Shown here: positions 43,043-51,988 of the stretch, piece by piece
Position numbering within the stretch: position 1 is the first letter of the stretch
Layout: each line of letters begins with the position of its first letter
Virus record (IMG/VR): IMGVR_UViG_3300031996_000005
Coordinates: 552-64,551 of that record
From: a virus
Lineage: Duplodnaviria; Caudoviricetes
Direction: 5' to 3' (one strand)
DNA length: 64,000 nucleotides
The notes under the pieces: generated by a model
Told to the model about the DNA's origin: nothing
What the model saw: the letters and a program-made list of their open reading frames with translations, nothing else
The model's database searches: none
Translations under genes and position numbers: made by a program

Positions 43043-46000
43043 GTGGCGATCTCACTACGGGCTGTAGGCGCCACAACCGCCGCAGCAGGGGCGGTTACCG
43101 GTGTCACGGCGGGTGTGCCCGCCGGGCTGACATCCACCGATATCTCGATCCTCACGGTCGAGATCAAGGCCACCACCGCCGGCACCGCACCCACGATCAC
43201 CACCCCCTCGGGGTGGACGCTGATCGGGACCGTCACCAACAACGGCACCCTGGTGGCGGGTATCGACACTGGTTCCAACACGGTCGGCATGTACTACATC
43301 GTTGGCACCTACACGGCTCCGACGATCACCACCACAGGCGCGAACGCCATGGGCGCGGGCATTGTCGCCTTCCAGACGTCCACAGGGGGTACGTGGGACG
43401 TCTCCTCGACAACGACGGGGTCGGACACCTCCAGCGGAACCAACGCCTCTATCACCGGGGCGGCGAACATCAGCGCCGCCACCGGAGATTGGGTCATTGC
43501 CGGGGTCGGCATCTCCGGCGACATCGGGGCGGTGACGGCCGAAACCCTGACCGCGACCGGCGCCACCATCGGCACCCGCGCCAACCGCATCAACCTGGGT
43601 GTCACCACTAACAACGACTCTCGGCTACTCGTCACCGACTGGCCGGTCACCGCCGGCACGTCCAGCGCCGCTCCGGTCTACACATACTCGAACACTTCGG
43701 TTTCCACTTCCCATGCTCGGTTCGTGCGGCTCCGCGAGGTCCCTCCGGTCTACCCGAAGATCGACACGTTCACGGATGACTTCGCTACCGCCGACACCAC
43801 GAAGTGGGTGTCATTCCCCGCAAACACCACCGTCTCGAGCGGACAGCTCAGGATTGTCCCGGATACCGGCTACAGCAGCCTCTACTCGGTCAACACGTAC
43901 GACCTGACCGGCTCGTCGTTCAAGATCGAACTCGTGCAGCCTCCGGCCGTCGGGCTGGGCACTACTGCTGTTTTTTACTACCTGGCCGACGCGGCCGCCA
44001 ACGATGTCCGGTTCGTCTGGGAAGGCGACAACCTCTCCGCCCGCCGCAAGATCGGGGGCACCGAGACTACGATTCTGTCAGCGGCTTACTCGTCGACGAA
44101 TCATCGGTGGCTGCGAATCAGCGAGTCCGGCGGCGTTGTCACCTTCGCTACATCCCCCGACGGCTCGACCTGGACAACCTTCACGACGTGGACCGCGTCT
44201 GGCGTCACGCTATCCGGCGTCAACATCGGAATAGCCGGCGGCTACTACGGGGCAGAGACAGCCCCGGGAACAGCCCTTCTCGACAACCTGAATGGTGCGG
44301 CGGCGGCTCCGCCGGGAGCCGGCACCGCGACCGGTACTTGGACGTTCACGGGTACCGCCAGTGGTAAGCGGACCCCCAAAGCCACGAGCTCGGGTGTGTG
44401 GACCTTTGCAGGGTCTGCTCCTGGTAAGCGAACCCCAAAGGCCACAGCCGGAGGCACGTGGACCTTTGCGGGCAACGCCGTGGGGGGACAGGTCCGCAGG
44501 GGAACCGCAACCGGAACCTGGACTTTCACCGGTTCTACAACGGGTAAGCGGGTACCCAAGGCGACCGCCACGGGCACCCTCGCCTTCGCGGGTACCGCCG
44601 CAGGCGCCGCCCCTGCTGTCGTTGCCAAGACCTACTACGTCGCCGGTACCGGTGGCAGCGACAGCAACAACGGGCAGTCCTCCGGCGCAGCGTGGGCGAC
44701 CATCGCCAAGGTCAACGCGACCACATTCGTCCCCGGTGACACCATCCTCTTCCAGCGTGGCGCTACCTTCACCAGCGCCGTCCTACTCTGTGTCAACTCC
44801 GGCACATCAGTGAACCGCATCACTTACGGCGCTTACGGCACCGGTGCCAAGCCCGTCCTGAATGGCAGTGCCGGTACCCTCGTGCCCCTGACGGTCACCG
44901 GCAACTACGTGACCGTGCAGGACCTCGAAGTCCGAAATGCCGGGACCGCCGCCAACGCGCAGCGCGGCATTTCTTGGGTCGGCACTGACGGCCTTTGTCA
45001 GCGGGTCTACGCCACCGCCAACCCCATCGGAATTCAGGCGGAGAACGGCGCCCACCGGCTCCGGATCACCGATTGCGACCTCGTCGACAACACGATCGTT
45101 ATTGCTCCCGCTGGAGCGGACGACGACTATGGCGCCTCAGGCTGCGTGATTCTGCAGGCTGATAACTGCGAGGTCGACCACAGCCGGATTTCGGGGAACA
45201 TCGGTCCGTCCCCCGACTACGTATACGATGGCTCGGCAGTGGAGATTTACGGCTCCATCGGCACTGTCGTGCACCACAACATCTGTGTCGACAACGAGAC
45301 GTTTTCCGAACTCGGGCACACCCGCACGGCCAACACCGTATTTCACAACAACCTGATCACGTCGACGTTCGGCAACGCCAAGGGTGTCAACGCGCAGGGT
45401 ACGGGCACGTTCGGGCCGGTCCTGAACACTCATTTTCATCACAACACCGTGGTTTTGACTGGGACCACCTCCGTGGGCCTCGTCGCAGGATCCGGATCAA
45501 CGTTCTCCGCGCACAACAACATCATTCAGGCCGCTTACATTGGCTATACGGCGGACAAGATCGATGAGGGGCACAACCTCTACTTCGGCGGGGCTAACGG
45601 TAACGACATCCAGTCGACGGCCAACGCCGGCAGCGGCATCGCGGCCACCTCGGCTATTGCCAACCCACTGTTCATCGGGGGCGGCGACTACCACCTGCAA
45701 GGTGGCTCGCCGGCGATCAACCGGGGAACCACGCTGGCCAACGTCGGCACCGTTGATCTGGATGGTGCTGCACGTACCCAGGGTGCAGCCCCCGACGCGG
45801 GCGCCTTCGAGCGCGCTTCCATACCCGTTGGCACCGGAAGCGGCACTTGGACATTCACGGGTACTGCCACCGGATTCGGTGCGGCGGGATACACCCTGAA
45901 ATACGCGATGTCGTCCGCAGCCCCGACGCTACCCGGCGATGCCGCACTGACCGCTTCGGATATCAGCTTCGGCGCTGGCGCGGTATTCGAGGTCCCCTCC

Positions 46001-48562
46001 ACGGACCTGATCTATGACCCGAACAAGGTCCTGCAGATCAAGGCGGCGGTCGCGTCCACCACTATCGCCGAATCGGTTACCAACAACGTTTACGCCGAAA
46101 TTACGGTTAGCCGAACGGGTGGGTGGACACCGAAGACCCTCCGCATGAAATCCGCCCGCGGTGGTGCTGGGACCGCACGCGGATTCGCCATCCGCAGCAG
46201 CGTCGATGGCTATACCGCGGATCTGATGTATGACGACTCGATCGATACGGCTCGACCGACGCTCACCCAGTACACCGCGGATATCTCCTCTCTGGGCACG
46301 CAGACCGGGGCGGTCACGTTCCGGCTGTACCACTTTGCACCCACGACCCCTAACACCACACACCACGATGACTGGGAGATCGGCTACGTAGTTCCCCGCG
46401 GGGGCACCGCGACAGGTACGTGGAATTTCACCGGCAACGCCACTGGGAAGCGCACCCCTAAGGCTTCCGCTACGGGCGTGTGGACGTTCACGGGTGCAGC
46501 TGTCGGCAAGCGCGTCCCGAAGGGCACGGCCGCCGGCACCTGGAACTACATCGGCAGTGTGGTCGGGAAGCGCAGCCCAAAGGCGACGGCAGTCGGGTCC
46601 GCCACCTGGACAGGCACTGCTATCGGGACTGCTCCGGTCGTCGGGGCGAAAACCGGTGTCGCCACAGGGGCAACGGCCTGGGTCGGGACGGCTGTCGGTA
46701 AGCGTGCCCCTAAAGCCTCATCTACGGGCACATGGTCGTTCTCGGGAGCCTCAACTGGTAAGCGCGCCCCGAAGGCGACGATCTCCGGCGTGTGGACGTT
46801 CTCAGGCAGTGCGGCGGGAAAGCGCACGCCCAAGGCCGCAGCTACCGGCTCGTGGACGTTCACGGGCACCGCCACAGGAACTGCCTCCGCCACCCCCGGC
46901 GACATCCTCAACATCGGCACCGCCGACACTAACCACTTCGATCTGCAAATGGCCCGGTCCGGCGACGCAACATGGACCGAGATCACGCAGGCGCAGATTG
47001 CCTCCGGATACTCCGAAGCCCCCTACTTCGCGACGGTTCGGAGCGGTACCGCCGTCCAGTTCTCGGTCCCCCTCGACGCACCCCTGGTGGGCACCGCAAC
47101 CGGGCCGCGCTCGGAGTTGCGCGAGGTCAACGCCGACGGAACTGACGCCGCCTACAACATCAACACCGGCACCCACGAGTTCCACGGGCGCACTCGGATC
47201 ATGTCCTCCACCCCGGACATCGTGGCCGTGCAGATCCACAATGGGACCTCAGACCGCATCGCGATCCGAACCCAGCTGGTGTCGAGCACCCTGCGACTTC
47301 GGGTGCGCGTCAACGGATCATCGGTCACCCTGACTGGCGGTTCACTCGACGCGTTCAACCCCTACGTTGTCGGCACCGAATTTGAGTGGAAGATCCGCGT
47401 CGACAACGGCGCGATCAGCGTCTACATCGACAACATGACCACGCCGGTCTACACGGCACCGGCCGGCACCCTGGCGCCGACCGCGGGCATCTCCACGTGG
47501 TACTCCAAGGCCGGTGTTTACGCACAGGCGACTGGAGCCGGGACATCCAGCGCCGTCACCGAGCTCCGCGACCTGTCGGTCACTCACACGGCTGGGGCGG
47601 CGCCTGGACAGGGCGCCGCTACCGGTTCATGGGCCTTCACCGGGGCAGCTACCGGTAAGCGTGTCCCGAAAGCCACGGGCCCCGGCGTGTGGACCTTTAC
47701 CGGCAATGCAGTCGGAAAGCGCACTCCTAAAGCCTCGTCTACGGGCTCCTGGGCGTTTTCAGGCTCTGCTATCGGCACCAAGCCCTTGGTGGCGACGCTC
47801 TACACGCTCGCCTACGCGGGGAACACTGCTGCGCCGACCCTGCCCGCCGATGGGGCACTGACCGCGACCAGTATTACCGCCGGAGCGGGCGGCATCCTCA
47901 CGATCCCTCTCTCTACCACTGCTACCACCGCCTACGAACCCAACAAGGTCATCTCCCTGACCAACCGCACGTCGACCGTCGGAACCGAGGCGTCGGCCGT
48001 CAGCTCCGACATCTACTTCGAGTTCACGGTTGGCCGCACCGGCGGCTGGACCCCCAAGACTCTTCGCGCCAAGATCGCAGCTGGGGGTACGGCCGGTCCG
48101 CGCGGATTCATGGTCCGTTCCTCATACGACGGCTACACCACCAACCTGATAGCTCGAGGACCGGAGACCCCGACAACGGAACAGCTCCGGCCGAACCTGA
48201 ACCAGTTTTCGGCCGATCTGTCCGGAATGGGCACGCAGAGCGGCCCCATCACCTTCCGCGCCTACGTCTACGCGGCTGGCAACACCAACCGTGGTTACGA
48301 CTTCGATGACATCGAAATCGACTACACGGGCTTCTCTTCCAACACTGCCACCGGAACCTGGTCGTTCACCGGCAGTGCAGTAGGAAAGCGCAAGCCCAAG
48401 GCCTCCGCTACTGGTTCATGGACGTTCACCGGCGCCGCCATCGGGAGGTCTTCCCCGGCCGGTCGAGTGACCCGTAAATTCAATGGAACTGCGTGGGTGG
48501 TTGCAACAACCAAGAGATACAACGGATCCGCCTGGGTCAACACCGTCGTCACTGGCCTCTAA
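43043..48562 (+). CDS. 1839-aa modular protein: beta-sandwich, lectin-like, beta-helix, duplicated CBM-like domains, PL7 alginate-lyase-like domain, 20-aa repeats
   Basis: TYYVAG.GSDSNNG..GDTILF beta-helix start; DYHLQGGSPAINRG; RSELRE/QIH/YSKAGVY PL7 motifs. Confidence 0.75.
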   Translation: MAISLRAVGATTAAAGAVTGVTAGVPAGLTSTDISILTVEIKATTAGTAPTITTPSGWTLIGTVTNNGTLVAGIDTGSNTVGMYYIVGTYTAPTITTTGANAMGAGIVAFQTSTGGTWDVSSTTTGSDTSSGTNASITGAANISAATGDWVIAGVGISGDIGAVTAETLTATGATIGTRANRINLGVTTNNDSRLLVTDWPVTAGTSSAAPVYTYSNTSVSTSHARFVRLREVPPVYPKIDTFTDDFATADTTKWVSFPANTTVSSGQLRIVPDTGYSSLYSVNTYDLTGSSFKIELVQPPAVGLGTTAVFYYLADAAANDVRFVWEGDNLSARRKIGGTETTILSAAYSSTNHRWLRISESGGVVTFATSPDGSTWTTFTTWTASGVTLSGVNIGIAGGYYGAETAPGTALLDNLNGAAAAPPGAGTATGTWTFTGTASGKRTPKATSSGVWTFAGSAPGKRTPKATAGGTWTFAGNAVGGQVRRGTATGTWTFTGSTTGKRVPKATATGTLAFAGTAAGAAPAVVAKTYYVAGTGGSDSNNGQSSGAAWATIAKVNATTFVPGDTILFQRGATFTSAVLLCVNSGTSVNRITYGAYGTGAKPVLNGSAGTLVPLTVTGNYVTVQDLEVRNAGTAANAQRGISWVGTDGLCQRVYATANPIGIQAENGAHRLRITDCDLVDNTIVIAPAGADDDYGASGCVILQADNCEVDHSRISGNIGPSPDYVYDGSAVEIYGSIGTVVHHNICVDNETFSELGHTRTANTVFHNNLITSTFGNAKGVNAQGTGTFGPVLNTHFHHNTVVLTGTTSVGLVAGSGSTFSAHNNIIQAAYIGYTADKIDEGHNLYFGGANGNDIQSTANAGSGIAATSAIANPLFIGGGDYHLQGGSPAINRGTTLANVGTVDLDGAARTQGAAPDAGAFERASIPVGTGSGTWTFTGTATGFGAAGYTLKYAMSSAAPTLPGDAALTASDISFGAGAVFEVPSTDLIYDPNKVLQIKAAVASTTIAESVTNNVYAEITVSRTGGWTPKTLRMKSARGGAGTARGFAIRSSVDGYTADLMYDDSIDTARPTLTQYTADISSLGTQTGAVTFRLYHFAPTTPNTTHHDDWEIGYVVPRGGTATGTWNFTGNATGKRTPKASATGVWTFTGAAVGKRVPKGTAAGTWNYIGSVVGKRSPKATAVGSATWTGTAIGTAPVVGAKTGVATGATAWVGTAVGKRAPKASSTGTWSFSGASTGKRAPKATISGVWTFSGSAAGKRTPKAAATGSWTFTGTATGTASATPGDILNIGTADTNHFDLQMARSGDATWTEITQAQIASGYSEAPYFATVRSGTAVQFSVPLDAPLVGTATGPRSELREVNADGTDAAYNINTGTHEFHGRTRIMSSTPDIVAVQIHNGTSDRIAIRTQLVSSTLRLRVRVNGSSVTLTGGSLDAFNPYVVGTEFEWKIRVDNGAISVYIDNMTTPVYTAPAGTLAPTAGISTWYSKAGVYAQATGAGTSSAVTELRDLSVTHTAGAAPGQGAATGSWAFTGAATGKRVPKATGPGVWTFTGNAVGKRTPKASSTGSWAFSGSAIGTKPLVATLYTLAYAGNTAAPTLPADGALTATSITAGAGGILTIPLSTTATTAYEPNKVISLTNRTSTVGTEASAVSSDIYFEFTVGRTGGWTPKTLRAKIAAGGTAGPRGFMVRSSYDGYTTNLIARGPETPTTEQLRPNLNQFSADLSGMGTQSGPITFRAYVYAAGNTNRGYDFDDIEIDYTGFSSNTATGTWSFTGSAVGKRKPKASATGSWTFTGAAIGRSSPAGRVTRKFNGTAWVVATTKRYNGSAWVNTVVTGL
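44325..48440 (+). repeat. about 19 copies of a ~20-aa repeat (ATG(T/S/V)WTFTG.A.GKR.PKA) in five clusters
   Basis: visible in translation between globular domains. Confidence 0.85.
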
Positions 48563-48589
48563 AGCCGTAAGTTCAGAAGGGAACGTCCC

Positions 48590-49396
48590 ATGGCCTCCTA
48601 TGTCATCTACACGCAAGCTTCCATCGCGGAAGAGCTCGCGGCAAAGGCTGACCTGGTCCACACGCATCCTGAGTATGCGCTGGTCAACCACAACCACGCG
48701 ACGTTGTATGCGCCGCTCGTGCACACCCACACGGGCTTTGCGCCCACCTCGCACACGCACGCGATCTCTGATCTGACCGCAACGGGTCCGCGAGATGACA
48801 CCCATTTCCTTCGGGGCGATGGCACCTGGGCTATCCCGCCGGGCACGGGTGGAGGGGGTACCGGCGGTGTTACCGATCACGGTGCACTGACCGGGCTCGC
48901 CGATGATGACCATCCGCAGTACCACACGGATGCGCGTGGAGATGCCCGCTATTCGCGCACCACACACACGCACACCGCCGATGGGATCACCGATGCGACG
49001 GTGACCGGTAAAGCCCTTATGCGTGTGGTTGATGCCGCTGCGGCCCGCACGCTCATCGGAGCCAGCACCCTGGCCTTGGGTACGACGGCGACCACGGCGA
49101 TGGCCGGCAACAAGACCTTTACCAAGGCCGAGGTTGGTCTTGCCAATGTGGATAACACCGCGGATGCGAGCAAGCCGGTCTCCACGGCTCAGTCAGCGGC
49201 GATTGCGGCCGCGGTTGCCCCGGTTGCACCGAAGTCGGTTACGCAGGCAATGGTTTATCACGATGGCACACCTGGCGGCGGGACGAGGCCCACGGGCTAC
49301 TTCCGCGTTCTGTGGGTCAACCCGGTAGGAACCAACTATGCTCGTCCAACGAATATGGCAATTGGCGATGAGTGGGAAAAGGAGACAGCCGTCTAA
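48590..49396 (+). CDS. fibre-like protein with His-x-His repeats
   Basis: HTH/HNH repeats, DHGALTGLADDDHPQY, VGLANVDNTAD; C-terminal RPT..GDEW. Confidence 0.7.
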   Translation: MASYVIYTQASIAEELAAKADLVHTHPEYALVNHNHATLYAPLVHTHTGFAPTSHTHAISDLTATGPRDDTHFLRGDGTWAIPPGTGGGGTGGVTDHGALTGLADDDHPQYHTDARGDARYSRTTHTHTADGITDATVTGKALMRVVDAAAARTLIGASTLALGTTATTAMAGNKTFTKAEVGLANVDNTADASKPVSTAQSAAIAAAVAPVAPKSVTQAMVYHDGTPGGGTRPTGYFRVLWVNPVGTNYARPTNMAIGDEWEKETAV

Positions 49397-51954
49397 TGAC
49401 GACGCCCCCCGGCCCGGTTGATAGCTCGGTCGACATCCCCGGTGCCTCGGTGGGTGAAGTTGCCTCGGATGTTTCGGTCACCGTCACCAAGCCCACCGGT
49501 GTGGTTGCCGGTGAGATGCTCTTGACTCTGATCTCTAACTCGGGGTCGGTCACCATCCCTCCGTTGCCCTCGGGGTGGACGGATGTGGCGTCGATGAACG
49601 TGAGTTCGCACTCTAGCCGGCTGTGCTACAAAATCGCGACTTCCAGCGAGCCCGGGAGTTACACCTTCGATTCGGGTACTACCACCGCCGGTCGCCTGTC
49701 GGTGTCGATCCTTCGGGTCAAGGACTTCAACACCACCACACCTTTCGACGTTGCGGCCTACACCTACAGCTCGGGAGTGACGGGTGTGCCCGTCCAGGAG
49801 GTTGTGTTTCCCTCGGTAACCACGGTTACCCCCGGGGCGCTGGTTCTGTACTTCCACACCATGAACGGGACGGGTCCGACGTCGACGTCAGTGCCCCCTG
49901 CGGGTCTGACGAAGGTCGCCGAGGCCCCAACGGTCGGCCGTTACCACGTCGGTTATGCCGAACCTCGTCCCACTGCCGGTGCCACCGGCACGCGCACCTT
50001 CGGTCAGACCAGTGCCACCGCTCGGTACATGGGGGGCATTCGGGTAGTTCTGCGCCCGACAGCGGTGGCCAGTGCCGCCAAGCCCACGGTCAGTGCCGGG
50101 GCCGATGCCCAGCTCGTCAAGGGGTCCACGTTCACCCGTACGGCGACCGAGAGCTCGAACGGTGCCCCGATCACCAGTCGCAACTGGTCGATCCTCTCGG
50201 GACCGTCCGGGCCGGTGGACAGCATTGGCACCGCGGCTGCCCTGTCGTGGAGCACCGCGGAGGGATCGAGCGGAAACTCTCCCGCGAACGGCGACATTAC
50301 GGAGCCGGTCTACAAAGAGATCGCTCTACAGCTCACCTCAACGGCGGAGAACTCCACCAAGGACTGGACGACCGCGTACCGATACATTGAGGACATCGGC
50401 GATGGTCGGGGGTACACCGGCGGTATTGTCGGGTTCTGCTCGGCGACGTTCGACATGGAGATTCTGCTTAAGCGCTATCAGCAGATTGCTCCGAGCAACT
50501 CGCTGGTGCCGTTCCTGGACGAGTTCGCCACGATTTCGGCGCAGAGCACGCAGGCGGCTCGCAACACCATGAGCCACACGCTGCTGGATCCGCTGAACTT
50601 TGTGGCGGCTTGGCAGAATGCAGCGGACAACGATCCACTCTTCCGGCAGGCTCAGCGGGACGAACGGGACCGTGTGTACTGGAACCCCGCCTTTTCACAG
50701 GCTGTCGCTGACGGTGTGGGCCCTCTTGGCTTGGCCATTCTCTACGACATCTCGGTCAACCACGGCCCGGGTACTGACTCGCAGTCCTTTGGGGGCATTG
50801 TTGACACTGCCCGCACAGTTACCGCTCCTCCCTCGGAGGGAGGTAATGAGGTTGCCTACCTGAATGCGCTAACGAATGCTCGCGAGGCGGTGCTTATTCA
50901 GTGGGGTGACATTACGCCGGACCCCGCGACTCCTCCGTCTACGCCGAAACCGACGGTGACGCTGACGGTCCCCACCAGCGGGGCCACGGTGTCCGGTACC
51001 GCCGTGACACTGGACGTGACCACCACCAACACCACTTCGGTCGCCTACTTCGTCGACGGCACACAGGTTGCCAGCGATGGAGTTGGTACCAACGCCGATG
51101 GGTTCCAAGCGACCTTCGACAGCACGACGCTGACCAATGGCACCCACCAGGTAACGGCCAAGGCTACGGGCGCGGGTGGTACTACCACCTCATCCGCGGT
51201 CTCGATCACCATTTCCAATGTGGTCACACCACCCCCCTCGACGACTGCTTCAAGGGCAACTTTGCTGCAGCATTGGAAGCTCCAGCTACCGATCAACTCC
51301 GACAATGCCGGCAACGTCGACGAGATCACCCGTGATCAGCTCGTCGCGGGCTATACGTCCCAATGGTTCAGCGATACGTCGGACGGCAAGGGGTTCAAGT
51401 TCCACACGCCGGTTGATGGAAAGACGACCTCAGGATCGCAGTACCCGCGTACTGAGCTGCGCGAGATGAACTCCAATGGCACCTCGACCGCCGGGTGGAA
51501 CTCGGGCGGGGTGTTCGATGGCACCATCCGGACATTTCAGGCCAACTACAAGATCACACATCTCCCCGCGGGTGACCGTGAGACGACCATCTTCCAGATC
51601 CACAATGGTGACACTGAGGTCACCACCGTTCGCACCACCGAGACCCCGACTGGCATCCGACTCGCGGCTCGTAAAAACGGTTCCTCGATCACTCCGTACT
51701 TCAACACGAACTATCAGTACGGCACGTCATTCGACATCAAGGTCGAAGTCAGCAGTCGGGTCAAGATCTGGTATAACGGCGTTCTCCAGCATGATTATCT
51801 ATTCTCTGACCTGACCGTCGGAGCGGCCGGCCTGTTCTATCTGAAGGCCGGCAACTACCTTCAGGCCAACACCACTACGGCGTCTGCTTCCGAATATGGT
51901 GACGTTGAGATTCGCCCAGTGGCTGGGCAGACCACCTTCCTGACGCGTTCCTGA
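49396..51954 (+). CDS. modular protein: beta-sandwich, PKD-like N-half, GH46 chitosanase (lacks C-terminus), Ig-like, PL7 lyase
   Basis: AENS..YIEDIGDGRGYTGGIVGFCS (GH46); RTELRE/QIH/YLKAGNYLQ (PL7). Confidence 0.85.
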   Translation: MTTPPGPVDSSVDIPGASVGEVASDVSVTVTKPTGVVAGEMLLTLISNSGSVTIPPLPSGWTDVASMNVSSHSSRLCYKIATSSEPGSYTFDSGTTTAGRLSVSILRVKDFNTTTPFDVAAYTYSSGVTGVPVQEVVFPSVTTVTPGALVLYFHTMNGTGPTSTSVPPAGLTKVAEAPTVGRYHVGYAEPRPTAGATGTRTFGQTSATARYMGGIRVVLRPTAVASAAKPTVSAGADAQLVKGSTFTRTATESSNGAPITSRNWSILSGPSGPVDSIGTAAALSWSTAEGSSGNSPANGDITEPVYKEIALQLTSTAENSTKDWTTAYRYIEDIGDGRGYTGGIVGFCSATFDMEILLKRYQQIAPSNSLVPFLDEFATISAQSTQAARNTMSHTLLDPLNFVAAWQNAADNDPLFRQAQRDERDRVYWNPAFSQAVADGVGPLGLAILYDISVNHGPGTDSQSFGGIVDTARTVTAPPSEGGNEVAYLNALTNAREAVLIQWGDITPDPATPPSTPKPTVTLTVPTSGATVSGTAVTLDVTTTNTTSVAYFVDGTQVASDGVGTNADGFQATFDSTTLTNGTHQVTAKATGAGGTTTSSAVSITISNVVTPPPSTTASRATLLQHWKLQLPINSDNAGNVDEITRDQLVAGYTSQWFSDTSDGKGFKFHTPVDGKTTSGSQYPRTELREMNSNGTSTAGWNSGGVFDGTIRTFQANYKITHLPAGDRETTIFQIHNGDTEVTTVRTTETPTGIRLAARKNGSSITPYFNTNYQYGTSFDIKVEVSSRVKIWYNGVLQHDYLFSDLTVGAAGLFYLKAGNYLQANTTTASASEYGDVEIRPVAGQTTFLTRS

Positions 51955-51988
51955 CGCGCACTCCTACTTAAGAGCGGGTAGTTGCTTT

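Noticed and set aside
51937-51958. 11-bp tandem duplication TTCCTGACGCG as the cause of the gene break
   Set aside because: Removing one copy leads to TAA at 51969-51971 and does not join the two ORFs, so it cannot alone explain the split.
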